From assembly GCA_052034975.1 (NCBI GenBank), contig JBPOIA010000010.1, forward strand, positions 12,957 through 76,956: a stretch of DNA of 64,000 nucleotides, in the 5' to 3' direction. Origin of the DNA: Candidatus Moraniibacteriota bacterium (GTDB lineage: Bacteria; Patescibacteriota; Minisyncoccia; Moranbacterales; UBA1568). The notes beneath the pieces were generated by a model. It did no database searches, had not been told where the DNA came from, and worked only from the letters and a program-made list of their open reading frames with translations. Both the position numbers and the translations under genes were made by a program. Shown piece after piece: positions 48,106 to 57,942 of this stretch; within the stretch, counting starts at the first letter, position 1; each line of letters opens with the position of its first letter.

Positions 48106-48639
48106 TCAGGAAGCGATGAGATGTTTCTCGCGGAGGCCGGTAAACATCCCGGCGTAAGCGTCGAAAGCCGCCTGGAACTTTCCGTGCTCGATGTCCGACA
48201 CAATGTCGCGCACTTTCCGGTAGACGACTTCCAATTCTTCCTTCGAAAGCCTGGGCACGATCCGTGGCGAAACGGAGTAATACTCTTGGACCAATGCTTC
48301 GCCGTTGTCGAGTCCTCGTACGAACGTATCGCGGAAACGGCGCAAGACCGTAAGCTCGTGACAGTCATCCGAAAGTCCGGCCGCTTCCGTGCACGCCGTG
48401 GTGAGAAAGCAGCTGCTTTCGCTACTGCTGGTACTCTCCTCGGCTGCATCGGCGCCGGCACTGGATCGCCCGGCATCATACGCCGATTGAGCGTCGCTTG
48501 TCGTAAATACCGGATCCGAATCAAAATCAAACGCACCCGGGTGAAAAAGGCAGTTGTCTTCCGGCGGGTTGTTCTTCCCGTCATCGAAGTCTTCTTTACC
48601 TTTCTCGAAATAGTGCTCATTCCATTCATTCCAGCTCAT
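48106..48639 (-). CDS. Hypothetical protein with an acidic low-complexity centre
   Basis: GAAGGAGAG SD sequence upstream of ATG 48639 (MSWNEWNEHYF..). C-terminal ~80 aa conserved-looking (..LRRFRDTFVRGLDNGEALVQEYYSVSPRIVPRL..). No family assigned. Confidence 0.4.
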   Translation of the reverse strand: MSWNEWNEHYFEKGKEDFDDGKNNPPEDNCLFHPGAFDFDSDPVFTTSDAQSAYDAGRSSAGADAAEESTSSSESSCFLTTACTEAAGLSDDCHELTVLRRFRDTFVRGLDNGEALVQEYYSVSPRIVPRLSKEELEVVYRKVRDIVSDIEHGKFQAAFDAYAGMFTGLREKHLIAS

Positions 48640-48831
48640 TTGAGGCTCTCCTTCATAACAGTGGATTGATTGATTTTTTAACGAACGAATTGCCCCCTCT
48701 TTGTAGATGGTGTAGCACATCTTCAAGAAACAGTCAACAGGAACTGTCGCTTGTTTCTTTATGAAAAAACGTTCAAACAAAATGCCAAGAGGGAGATTTT
48801 CTGTTAAGCTGTCAGCATTGAAAGGTCCAGT

Positions 48832-50241
48832 ATGCTTCGTTCCAAGTATCGCATCATAAACGCCATTATCGGAGCAGGACTCCTCTTTTGGCTTGCGTTC
48901 GTCATCTACTCGACACTCTGGAACGAATTTCGCGTATCAGACATCACACTTGATGACGTTACTTCCGTATTCGATGACCGGGTGCCGATCGGGGTCGCCG
49001 GAACGGGATCGATGTATCCTACGTTTCCAAAAGGTTCCTGCACCGAAGGAATCTGCCCGGACGAAACTGTCGCGGAGCCGTTGATGCATCCGTTTTCGCG
49101 GGATGATGACGCTATCCGATTTGGCGATATTATCTCGTTTTATAACGAAAAGACAAAAGAAATCACCGAGAAAGCGCACGGTGAAGCACGCGGCTATATC
49201 AAGCGCGTAATCGGTATCGCCGGCGATACGCTTGAAATTCGCGACGGGTTCGTATGGCGGAATGGTCTCCGAATCGATGAGCCGTATACCGCCGAACCGC
49301 GCTCGACATTCGGCGGGGATTTCGCTTCGGAATGCCAGGCGATCCGTATTCCCGACGGGAAGCTCTTCGTGATGGGCGACAACCGCAAGGGAAGCGGGGA
49401 TTCGCGCGCGGAACTCGGGCTGGTGGACATCGCCGACATCGATCATTATCTGCCATTGAGTGAGCAGGAAGATTACCGGTCGCTTTGGAGAGGGGATTCC
49501 TCGCACGATGCGGAGCAAGCCGAACATCCGGTTCTCGGTGTTTCGGAATTCGTCTCGCTCATCAACGAGAAGCGTCTTGCCAAGAAACGCAAACCGCTCA
49601 TCTACGACGAGAAGCTCGCGCAATCAGCAGACAAGCGGCTCGTGACGATGGCGACCTATGATGATTTCTCGTACGAAGCAAAAAAGAGCGGCTATGGAAT
49701 GAATCAGGCGCTCCGCGACGTGAAGTATTACAACCGTGTCTGGGGCGAGGGGTATAGTCTCGGTTATTACACCGCACAAGAGCTCTTGGAAAGCTACGCA
49801 GAATCTTCGAAATGGGAGGATTTCATCCTGGACGCCGATTATCAGGACATCGGCATCGCGGCACGTGTCGTAGAGGTCAATGATTGTCCGACGCAGGTCA
49901 TCGTGCTCCATATGGGTGGCTATGTCCCGCCGAATTACAAAGCCGAAGATATCGCTTCGTGGAAAAGCGCGCTCGCCGGACTGAAGAAGGTCCGACCGAG
50001 TTGGCGGAACTGGGACAAGGACTCGGATTTTTATGAAAAGTATAAAAAAGATATTAAACGTTTGAATGAGATCATCGACCTCCGTATCGCCCGAATGGAA
50101 AAAATCATCGCTCGGATGGAGGCGAAACAATGGCTCACGGCCGAAGAAGAGCGTTTCGTGACAGAAGACGACGCTTTGTTTGAGGAAGAAGACAAGTTGG
50201 CTGAAAAGATCAACAAGGCGATAGGGAAATGGTACGAATGA
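48832..50241 (+). CDS. lepB: Signal peptidase I fused to a C-terminal CAP/SCP (YkwD-like) domain
   Basis: N-terminal TM; S26 motifs GSMYPTF (Ser), KRVIGIAGD, GDNRKGSGDSR. The C-terminal ~230 aa carry CAP-domain-like blocks (LINEKRLAKKRKPLIYDEKLAQSADKRLVTMA ... GEGYSLGYYTAQELLESYAESSKWEDFILDADYQDIGIA). Confidence 0.7.
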   Translation: MLRSKYRIINAIIGAGLLFWLAFVIYSTLWNEFRVSDITLDDVTSVFDDRVPIGVAGTGSMYPTFPKGSCTEGICPDETVAEPLMHPFSRDDDAIRFGDIISFYNEKTKEITEKAHGEARGYIKRVIGIAGDTLEIRDGFVWRNGLRIDEPYTAEPRSTFGGDFASECQAIRIPDGKLFVMGDNRKGSGDSRAELGLVDIADIDHYLPLSEQEDYRSLWRGDSSHDAEQAEHPVLGVSEFVSLINEKRLAKKRKPLIYDEKLAQSADKRLVTMATYDDFSYEAKKSGYGMNQALRDVKYYNRVWGEGYSLGYYTAQELLESYAESSKWEDFILDADYQDIGIAARVVEVNDCPTQVIVLHMGGYVPPNYKAEDIASWKSALAGLKKVRPSWRNWDKDSDFYEKYKKDIKRLNEIIDLRIARMEKIIARMEAKQWLTAEEERFVTEDDALFEEEDKLAEKINKAIGKWYE

Positions 50242-50336
50242 TTTTTCCCTCGGAACTCTTGACAAATCAGAAAATCGTTTTATAATAGGGCATCGTTCGT
50301 TTCCAATTTTTCCTCTCTTTCCAAAGGAGATTTTCG

Positions 50337-51554
50337 ATGAAAAAAATCATCACGTTCATTTTGGCCGGTGGTGTCGGTTCACGACTCGGTCCGTTGACTG
50401 TTTCGCGTTCCAAACCGGCTGTGCCGTTCGGTGGCAAGTATCGCATCATCGATTTTATGATGTCGAACTGCCTCAATTCCGGCCTGTTTAAAATTATGGT
50501 GCTCGTGCAGTATCGCGCCCAGGGGCTTATCGACCATCTGCAAGACCACTGGTCGTCCCAACCCCGATTCGGGTATTTCGTGCATACAGTGCCACCGCAA
50601 CAGATGTTCGGCACCGAATGGTATCGGGGCACGGCGGACGCGGTGTATCAGAACCTGCCGATTGCCATCAGGCGCAACAACGTCGATACGGCCGCTATCC
50701 TTTCGGGTGATCATATCCTGGCGATGGATTTCGAACAGATGTACGAATACCATTGCGATAAGCATTCGGCGTTCACGGTGTGTGCCCTTTCGGTACCATC
50801 CGAACGGGCAGCCGGGCAATTCGGTGTCATCGAAGTCGAGAGCGGGATGCGCATCGTCGGTTTTGAAGAAAAACCAGCTATGCCCAAGGAAATCCCGGGA
50901 AAACCGGGCTGGTGTCTGATTTCGACCGGAAATTACTTCGCCAATATCCCGCATCTCAGACAAGCGCTCGAAGAAAACACCGCCGATCCCCATACCTCGC
51001 ACGATTTCGGCAAAGATATCATCCCAAAAATGGTGAGGGAGGGAGCGGCGGTGTACGCGTACGATTTCCGGGATAACAAGATTCCGGGACAGGAAGAGCA
51101 TTATTGGCGGGACGTCGGCACGATTCAATCGTATTTCGACGCCAATATGGACCTCGTGTCCATCACGCCGGAGCTCAATGTCTATAACGAAGAGTGGCCG
51201 ATCCTGACGCCCGCCGATAATCTGCCGATGGCGAAATTCACGGAAACCAGCGAGCACGGCTGCTTGGCACGGAGTTCGGCGCTCTCCGGCGGCTGTATCG
51301 TCGAGGATTCCAAACTCTACAAGGCGGTCATCGGCCGGAAGACGCGTGTGTATAATTCCGTCATCGAAGAATCGGTGCTGTTTTCGGAGATAAATGTCGG
51401 ACATCGCTCGTATCTGCGGCGTGTTATCGTCGATCGCGGTGTCAGTATTCCTCCGGGAACGATTATCGGGATCGATCAGGAAGCGGATCGTGCTCGCGGC
51501 CTGTATGTCGACGAGAGCGGCATCACCGTTGTGCCAAGGCATTTCACGTTCTAG
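50337..51554 (+). CDS. glgC: Glucose-1-phosphate adenylyltransferase
   Basis: LAGGVGSRLGPLTVSRSKPAVPFGGKYRIIDF N-terminus; left-handed beta-helix C-domain. Confidence 0.9.
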   Translation: MKKIITFILAGGVGSRLGPLTVSRSKPAVPFGGKYRIIDFMMSNCLNSGLFKIMVLVQYRAQGLIDHLQDHWSSQPRFGYFVHTVPPQQMFGTEWYRGTADAVYQNLPIAIRRNNVDTAAILSGDHILAMDFEQMYEYHCDKHSAFTVCALSVPSERAAGQFGVIEVESGMRIVGFEEKPAMPKEIPGKPGWCLISTGNYFANIPHLRQALEENTADPHTSHDFGKDIIPKMVREGAAVYAYDFRDNKIPGQEEHYWRDVGTIQSYFDANMDLVSITPELNVYNEEWPILTPADNLPMAKFTETSEHGCLARSSALSGGCIVEDSKLYKAVIGRKTRVYNSVIEESVLFSEINVGHRSYLRRVIVDRGVSIPPGTIIGIDQEADRARGLYVDESGITVVPRHFTF

Positions 51555-51572
51555 TTTGGACATCGTCCGTCT

Positions 51573-51608
51573 AGGCCTCACCGGGTTTTCCTGGTGAGGC
51601 TTTTTTTT
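51573..51608 (+). terminator. Rho-independent terminator after glgC
   Basis: GCCTCACC-gggttttcct-GGTGAGGC followed by TTTTTTTT. Confidence 0.75.
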
Positions 51609-51729
51609 ATTGCTAAACGAAGTGAATGGAGTGAAAATTTATTTTCACCACGGCGCCCAGAACCTGTTCTGAAGCGAATACCCGTTATTGACGTAGAAAG
51701 TTTCGTATCGTATCATTCTGAGCACTGTT

Positions 51730-52065
51730 ATGAAAATGGAAAAGAAAATTTTGAGCCGTGCCACGATCAAGGTCTGTCTGCACGGGAAATGCCTTACTCG
51801 CGGTGCCGAAGACGTGTATCAGAACCTCAAAGACGGCCTCTCGCCAGAAGAAGCCCTTGTCCTTCCGGTACGGGAATGTTTCGGTCGTTGTGCTGACGGA
51901 CCGAATATCGCCATCAACGACAACATTGTCAGAAACATACAGCCATTCCTTGCGGTGGAAACGGTCCGGCGAGAACTTTCCGATCCGTCGTGCAAAGCGG
52001 ACGGTTTGGGGTCGAAAACGATTGAAGAGCTCGACACTGTCCTCGATCAAATCGACAAGCTTTGA
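51730..52065 (+). CDS. Thioredoxin-like [2Fe-2S] ferredoxin family protein
   Basis: VCLHGKC ... ECFGRCADGPNIAIN matches the Cx4C...Cx3C pattern of NuoE/thioredoxin-like 2Fe-2S ferredoxins. Confidence 0.55.
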   Translation: MKMEKKILSRATIKVCLHGKCLTRGAEDVYQNLKDGLSPEEALVLPVRECFGRCADGPNIAINDNIVRNIQPFLAVETVRRELSDPSCKADGLGSKTIEELDTVLDQIDKL

Positions 52066-52160
52066 ACCGGCTCACACATCACTTGTGCGAAAACGCTTCG
52101 CGTGATAAAGTGGAAAATCAGCTTTAAAGAACGCCTCTTGGAGGGGAGGAAAGGAAGCGT

Positions 52161-52610
52161 ATGGAATGGAAAGACGTTTCTTCCGCCAGTGAAGCGTATC
52201 GGAAAAAAGCCAGAGATCGATTCTCGGCTTTATGGACGACTTTACAGGAAAAAGTTGGGATTCTTAGAGGTCGGATGCCGGCGATCAAAACTATCGATCC
52301 AAGAAGCTCTCTCCGACGAGCGTCTCTTGCGACAAAAAGCTTTTTCTCTGACGCGTATTCAAAATATGCTGTCCGCGGCGACTATTCATCGCGCTCGCTT
52401 CTTATTATCTTTGTCGTCGCGATCTTCCTCGGCATCCTCGTAAAGGCCTCGCTTTCTGATGTGTTCACTATCGGATTTGAGGATTATACGCTCGCTCCGG
52501 CCGAACACCTGATCGATCTGAATGCCGTACAGCACCGACTGCTCCAAGAGGGAGGGTCGCTCACGCTCTCTGGCGATGGTGCGGCCGTCGGACCGTCGTG
52601 TTCGCAATAA
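52161..52610 (+). CDS. Hypothetical membrane protein (149 aa, one TM)
   Basis: ORF with a TM segment LLIIFVVAIFLGILV; no family assigned. Confidence 0.35.
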   Translation: MEWKDVSSASEAYRKKARDRFSALWTTLQEKVGILRGRMPAIKTIDPRSSLRRASLATKSFFSDAYSKYAVRGDYSSRSLLIIFVVAIFLGILVKASLSDVFTIGFEDYTLAPAEHLIDLNAVQHRLLQEGGSLTLSGDGAAVGPSCSQ

Positions 52611-52644
52611 ATTTTTCCTAATCACACTAATCATCTTCAGACGT

Positions 52645-53697
52645 ATGGAACAGCACCTCACTCCCGAAACGGCTACCGTTTCCGCCGCAAGCGAGACTTC
52701 GAAGGTGAAGAACCTCTCGGCGCTCATCATTATCCTTGCCGGACTGTTCATCGGCAGTCTCTTCGTCGATCTGGTGCAGCTTGTGATGGGAAAAGGATTT
52801 TCTGGTCGGGCTGTCCGAACGCATGGTGTCCTCGAAACCGCCGGAAAAACCTGGGTAGCTTTCACCGATCCGAAAATATCCGTCGAAGCGATCACTGAAA
52901 AAGATTGCGTCGAATGCGATCCAAGCGAAGCACTCGTATGGCTGCGCCGTGTCTTGCCGACACTCGAAGCGACGGAAGTGGATAGATCTTCGGAACAGGG
53001 AAAAATGCTCATCGAACGTTTTGGCATCGCGACATTGCCGGCATTCGTATTCTCGCAAAGCGTCGCCCGCACCGATTTCTATACCCAGGCATCCAGTCTC
53101 TTTACCGCGGACGGCAACCGATATTTCTTTGATATGAATGCGCTCGGAATGCCGGTCGGAAAATACCTCAATCTTCCCGAGGTAAGTGATGATTCCATCA
53201 CCATCGGTCCGCGCGATGCCAAAGTGCGTGTCGTGGAGTTCTCGGATTTCCAGTGCCCGTACTGCAAAGCGTTCCAAAAGACACTTTTCGACGTGCTGAA
53301 AGACTATGAAGGCGAAGTTCTCTTCGTGTACAAACATCTCCCGCTCCCGATTCATACTCAGGCCGAAAACGCCGCATTGGCCGCCGAATGCGCCAACGAG
53401 CAAGGGAAGTTCCGTCAATACTCCGATTACCTCTTCGCGAAACAGAACGACTGGAGCCGCACGACAACCACGCAGCGATTCAAAGACTATGCCTGGTATC
53501 TGCGCCTGGACGGACGGACGTTTAGTGCCTGTATGGACAGCCGGAAGTATGCCGACAAAATCGAATCCGATCTCGCGGAGGCCGTTCGTTTCTCTCTCGG
53601 CGGTACACCCGCGACGTTCGTCAATGAAACCCTGCTCGATGGGGCAGTGGAGCCAGAGGATCTCCGCAACGCTATCGAGGAAGCGCTGATACAATAG
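52645..53697 (+). CDS. Membrane-anchored DsbA-family thiol:disulfide oxidoreductase
   Basis: N-terminal TM; thioredoxin fold with CPYC active site (VVEFSDFQCPYCKAF); ATG 52645 chosen inside the longer ORF. Confidence 0.75.
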   Translation: MEQHLTPETATVSAASETSKVKNLSALIIILAGLFIGSLFVDLVQLVMGKGFSGRAVRTHGVLETAGKTWVAFTDPKISVEAITEKDCVECDPSEALVWLRRVLPTLEATEVDRSSEQGKMLIERFGIATLPAFVFSQSVARTDFYTQASSLFTADGNRYFFDMNALGMPVGKYLNLPEVSDDSITIGPRDAKVRVVEFSDFQCPYCKAFQKTLFDVLKDYEGEVLFVYKHLPLPIHTQAENAALAAECANEQGKFRQYSDYLFAKQNDWSRTTTTQRFKDYAWYLRLDGRTFSACMDSRKYADKIESDLAEAVRFSLGGTPATFVNETLLDGAVEPEDLRNAIEEALIQ

Positions 53698-53787
53698 TCT
53701 TGATCGAACGATAACAAAAAACGATCCTCTTCTTTGAGGGATTGATATTTCCCGTTTTTTCGTGTAGAGTAAGAGGTGTTTTTTGTT

Positions 53788-53860
53788 GCCGATGTAGCTC
53801 AGTTGGTAGAGCGGCGCACTCGTAACGCGCAGGTCACCAGTTCAATCCTGGTCATCGGCT
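53788..53860 (+). tRNA. tRNA-Thr (anticodon CGT)
   Basis: Acceptor GCCGAUG/CAUCGGC with G1-C72 and C2-G71, D-arm GCUC/GAGC, anticodon loop CUCGUAA, T-arm ACCAG-UUCAAUC-CUGGU, U73. CCA is not encoded. Confidence 0.8.
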
Positions 53861-53868
53861 CAAGAAGA

Positions 53869-53900
53869 AACAAGCTCCGGAAACGGGCTTGTTTTGTTTT
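53869..53900 (+). terminator. Rho-independent terminator after tRNA-Thr
   Basis: aacaagctccg-gaaa-cgggcttgtt followed by TTGTTTTCT. Confidence 0.6.
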
Positions 53901-53934
53901 CTGACAGAAAAAAATATGGTATGATACGGAACGT

Positions 53935-55030
<1,096 letters not shown>

Positions 55031-55044
55031 AAAACAAACATCTT

Positions 55045-55746
55045 ATGTTAGAAACGAAACCCATCATCAGATTCGAAAATGTCTCAAAGACATTCCCACC
55101 GGACATCACCGTCCTTGCGGACATAAACCTTGTCATCGAGCCGGGAGAATTTGTCTCTATCGTCGGCGCGAGCGGCATCGGCAAATCGACGCTCCTCAAG
55201 CTCATCTACGCCGAAGAAGAACCGACGCAGGGTGAAATATATTTCAACGAACGGCCGCTCAGCAAGATCAACCGCAAGCATCTCCCGTTCTTCCGGCGCA
55301 ACATCGGCACAGTATTTCAGGATTTCAAACTCCTCCTGCAGAAAACCGCATTTGAAAACGTCGCCTACGCGCTCGAAGTCGACGGAAAAAGTACGGCAGA
55401 AATACAAGCAGAAGTGCCAGAAATACTCGAGATCGTCGGCCTCGGGGATAAGATGCACAAATTCCCAAAGCAGCTCTCCGGCGGGGAACAGCAGCGTGTT
55501 TCGCTCGCTCGGGCGCTCATCCACCGACCGAAAGTCATCATTGCCGATGAACCGACCGGTAATCTCGATCCTGGCTCAACCGACGAGATCATTCAGCTCC
55601 TCCTCGAAATCAATTCTTTCGGCACGACCATCCTTTTGGCTACGCATAACCAGCGCATCGTCGACAAACTCGGCAAACGCGTCATCCTCATCGATCAGGG
55701 TCGGGTCTCACGCGATTTGAGCAAAGGCAAATATCTCGTGCATTAA
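55045..55746 (+). CDS. ftsE: Cell division ATP-binding protein FtsE
   Basis: ABC ATPase Walker [10 protein letters not shown], signature LSGGEQQR and Walker [12 protein letters not shown]; followed by ftsX. Confidence 0.9.
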   Translation: MLETKPIIRFENVSKTFPPDITVLADINLVIEPGEFVSIVGASGIGKSTLLKLIYAEEEPTQGEIYFNERPLSKINRKHLPFFRRNIGTVFQDFKLLLQKTAFENVAYALEVDGKSTAEIQAEVPEILEIVGLGDKMHKFPKQLSGGEQQRVSLARALIHRPKVIIADEPTGNLDPGSTDEIIQLLLEINSFGTTILLATHNQRIVDKLGKRVILIDQGRVSRDLSKGKYLVH

Positions 55747-55755
55747 AAAAAACTT

Positions 55756-56670
55756 ATGAATTCGCTCAAACTGTGGCGGACCTGCAAAGAGGGGATAGAG
55801 AACTTCCGGCGAAACGGCTGGCTTTCGTTCGCGACCGTTTCCATCCTCTCGCTCTCCCTCTTCATCGTGAGCCTTTCATTCTTGTTTGGCACCACGATGC
55901 ACCTGATGCTCGAGAATATGCGCGAGAAAGTGAGCGTGAGCGTCTCATTCAATCCTGATGTTTCGGAAGAGCGCATTCGGGAAATCCGCGACGAACTCGC
56001 CAAATACAAGAAAGAGATTTCTTCCGTAGAATACGTCTCGCGCGAACAGGCCTTGAACGATTTTCTCGGCGAAAGCGGTAACGACCCGATCATTGAACAG
56101 GCGATCCAGGAAATTGGCGAGAACCCGCTCCTCTCTTCGCTCGTCATCAAGGCCGAACGCCCCGAGGATTACCCGGTCATCGTCGAACAGATCGAGCGCT
56201 CGGCATTCCAAAGCGACATCAGTCGTATTAATTATCAGAAGAACAAGAAGATATTCGAACGATTGGAACGCATCAGCCGCGCAGCGGAACAAGCAGGGCT
56301 TTTTCTTGGTTTTGTCTTCATCTTCATCGCCGTTCTTATTACTTTCAACGCTATCCGGATCACCATTTATTCCCACCGACAAGAATTCGAGATTATGCGG
56401 CTGGTAGGCGCATCGAATACCTATGTACGGATGCCATTCGTTTTCGAAGGAATTCTCTACGGCCTCGCAGCGGCACTCATAACCAGCCTCATCCTTCTTG
56501 CCGTCGCGTATTACCTCGCTCCGTTCACACAGGGCGCTCTTCCACAGGGGAATTTCTTCAACCTGTATCTGAGCTACTTCTGGGCGACTCTCGGCGGGCT
56601 GATTATCCTTGGCATCGGTCTCGGCGTCCTGTCGAGCGCTATTGCTATCCGCCGCTATCTCAAAATCTAA
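55756..56670 (+). CDS. ftsX: Cell division permease FtsX
   Basis: N-terminal TM, periplasmic domain and three C-terminal TM helices; 10 nt after ftsE. Confidence 0.85.
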   Translation: MNSLKLWRTCKEGIENFRRNGWLSFATVSILSLSLFIVSLSFLFGTTMHLMLENMREKVSVSVSFNPDVSEERIREIRDELAKYKKEISSVEYVSREQALNDFLGESGNDPIIEQAIQEIGENPLLSSLVIKAERPEDYPVIVEQIERSAFQSDISRINYQKNKKIFERLERISRAAEQAGLFLGFVFIFIAVLITFNAIRITIYSHRQEFEIMRLVGASNTYVRMPFVFEGILYGLAAALITSLILLAVAYYLAPFTQGALPQGNFFNLYLSYFWATLGGLIILGIGLGVLSSAIAIRRYLKI

Positions 56671-56778
56671 GCCTGAGACTTTATTCGAGTTTCTCCATCA
56701 TTCTTGACAGGAGGATGCTTTTGTTGTATTCTTAAATGTCAAGTTGTTTCACAATCTCATCAATAAACGGAGGCTTTT

Positions 56779-57456
56779 ATGAACGGCAGACTCGCCGCTC
56801 TGCGGCATACACTGCGCGACTATGCCTCCAAAAAGGCATTGTTCGGCTACATCGAGAAGCATCTCTTCACGAGAAAGGATTACCGGTATCGGATCATCCG
56901 AGACGCATATGAACTATGCGAACAGGAATTCGCCGGCATCAAACGGGAGAGCGGCGAACCGTATATGACACATCTCCACGCTGTTATGGTGATCGGTGTC
57001 GTCCATTGCGGCATCCAGGACTACCGAATTATCGCCGCACTCGTCCTCCACGATCTGCAAGAGGATTTCTGGGTCAAGTGGCCGACGTACCATATCGCCG
57101 AACGATACAAGAGAGATATCGCACTCATCGTCGACGAATGCACGATTATCCCGCATTTCTACCATTTCGCCTCGGAAGAGGAGCGGGAAGCGTTCTACTA
57201 TCGGCGCATCAAGAAAAGTCATGCTGTCTCACCTCGGCTGCGAGGGAAGATGCGTCGGAACCGATATGGATCGATACCGGTAAAGCTTTCGGATCGGATC
57301 CATAACATCCTCACGCTCGGATTCGTTGACAGCCAAACACGGCGGATCAACAAGATCCGTGAGACGGAGCGACACCTTCTGTCGCTTGCCCGAAAATACC
57401 AAATCCTCTACAAGGAGCTTTCGGCCGCGCTTCGGGAAGCAAACAGTCTCATCTGA
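56779..57456 (+). CDS. HD-domain protein related to the RelA/SpoT (p)ppGpp hydrolase domain (small alarmone hydrolase-like)
   Basis: GEPYMTHLHAV...LVLHDLQED HD motif in the SpoT-hydrolase arrangement; no synthetase domain; GGAGG SD sequence. Confidence 0.6.
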   Translation: MNGRLAALRHTLRDYASKKALFGYIEKHLFTRKDYRYRIIRDAYELCEQEFAGIKRESGEPYMTHLHAVMVIGVVHCGIQDYRIIAALVLHDLQEDFWVKWPTYHIAERYKRDIALIVDECTIIPHFYHFASEEEREAFYYRRIKKSHAVSPRLRGKMRRNRYGSIPVKLSDRIHNILTLGFVDSQTRRINKIRETERHLLSLARKYQILYKELSAALREANSLI

Positions 57457-57540
57457 TGCCCGCTTGGAAACATCGTTTCTCGCGGGCAGTTTTTTTTGTT
57501 GATTCTAGACAGATTTTCTGCTAGGATAGCAAAGTGAAAA

Positions 57541-57598
57541 TTGGGGAGTAGCCCCTGGCCGAAGCCAAGGCTTCAGCCGCGGGCAGGCAAGCGGTAAG
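57541..57598 (+). repeat. Partial duplicate of the tRNA-Gln 5' region (two blocks separated by a 34-nt hairpin insert), upstream of the GIY-YIG gene
   Basis: ttggggagtagcc (57541-57553) and caagcggtaag (57588-57598) repeat the tRNA-Gln 5' end (57853-57877). The insert cctggccGAAGCCaaGGCTTCagccgcgggcagg is itself a hairpin. Confidence 0.6.
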
Positions 57599-57605
57599 AT
57601 ACTCT

Positions 57606-57863
57606 ATGACAAAGTGGTACCTTTACATTTTACAGAGCAAAAAAGACAGTGGTCTGTACGTCGGTATTACAAGGGATATCAATCAAAGACTGCGTCAGCA
57701 TAATGCCGGAAAAACGTTTTCTACACGTTCAAGAAGACCATTCGTCCTTGTTTATTCGGAAGAGTATCAATCTTGTGAAAAAGCAAGGAAACGAGAGAAA
57801 TATTTGAAAAGTTATTCCGGAGGAAAAGAAAAACAGAAAATTATCAAGATCATTGGGGAGTAG
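57606..57863 (+). CDS. GIY-YIG nuclease family protein (85 aa, homing-endonuclease-like)
   Basis: YLYILQSKKDSGLYVGITRDINQRLRQHNAG is the GIY-YIG catalytic motif. The 3' end overlaps the first 10 nt of tRNA-Gln. Confidence 0.8.
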   Translation: MTKWYLYILQSKKDSGLYVGITRDINQRLRQHNAGKTFSTRSRRPFVLVYSEEYQSCEKARKREKYLKSYSGGKEKQKIIKIIGE

Positions 57864-57928
57864 CCAAGCGGTAAGGCACCAGGTTCTGGCCCTGGTATGC
57901 GTAGGTTCGATCCCTACCTCCCCAGCCA
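57854..57928 (+). tRNA. tRNA-Gln (anticodon CTG)
   Basis: U1:A72 acceptor (UGGGGAG/CUCCCCA) and G73, typical of bacterial tRNA-Gln. Anticodon stem CCAGG/CCUGG with loop UUCUGGC; T-arm GUAGG-UUCGAUC-CCUAC; encoded CCA. Confidence 0.8.
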
Positions 57929-57942
57929 ATAATTAATCCTCC

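Larger units (their letters stand above)
57541..57863 (+). mobile_element. Putative GIY-YIG mobile cassette immediately upstream of tRNA-Gln, bounded by direct repeats of the tRNA 5' end
   Basis: 13-nt + 11-nt direct repeats at both ends of a ~310-bp segment whose only ORF is a GIY-YIG nuclease; an AT-rich island follows the tRNA. Confidence 0.45.
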
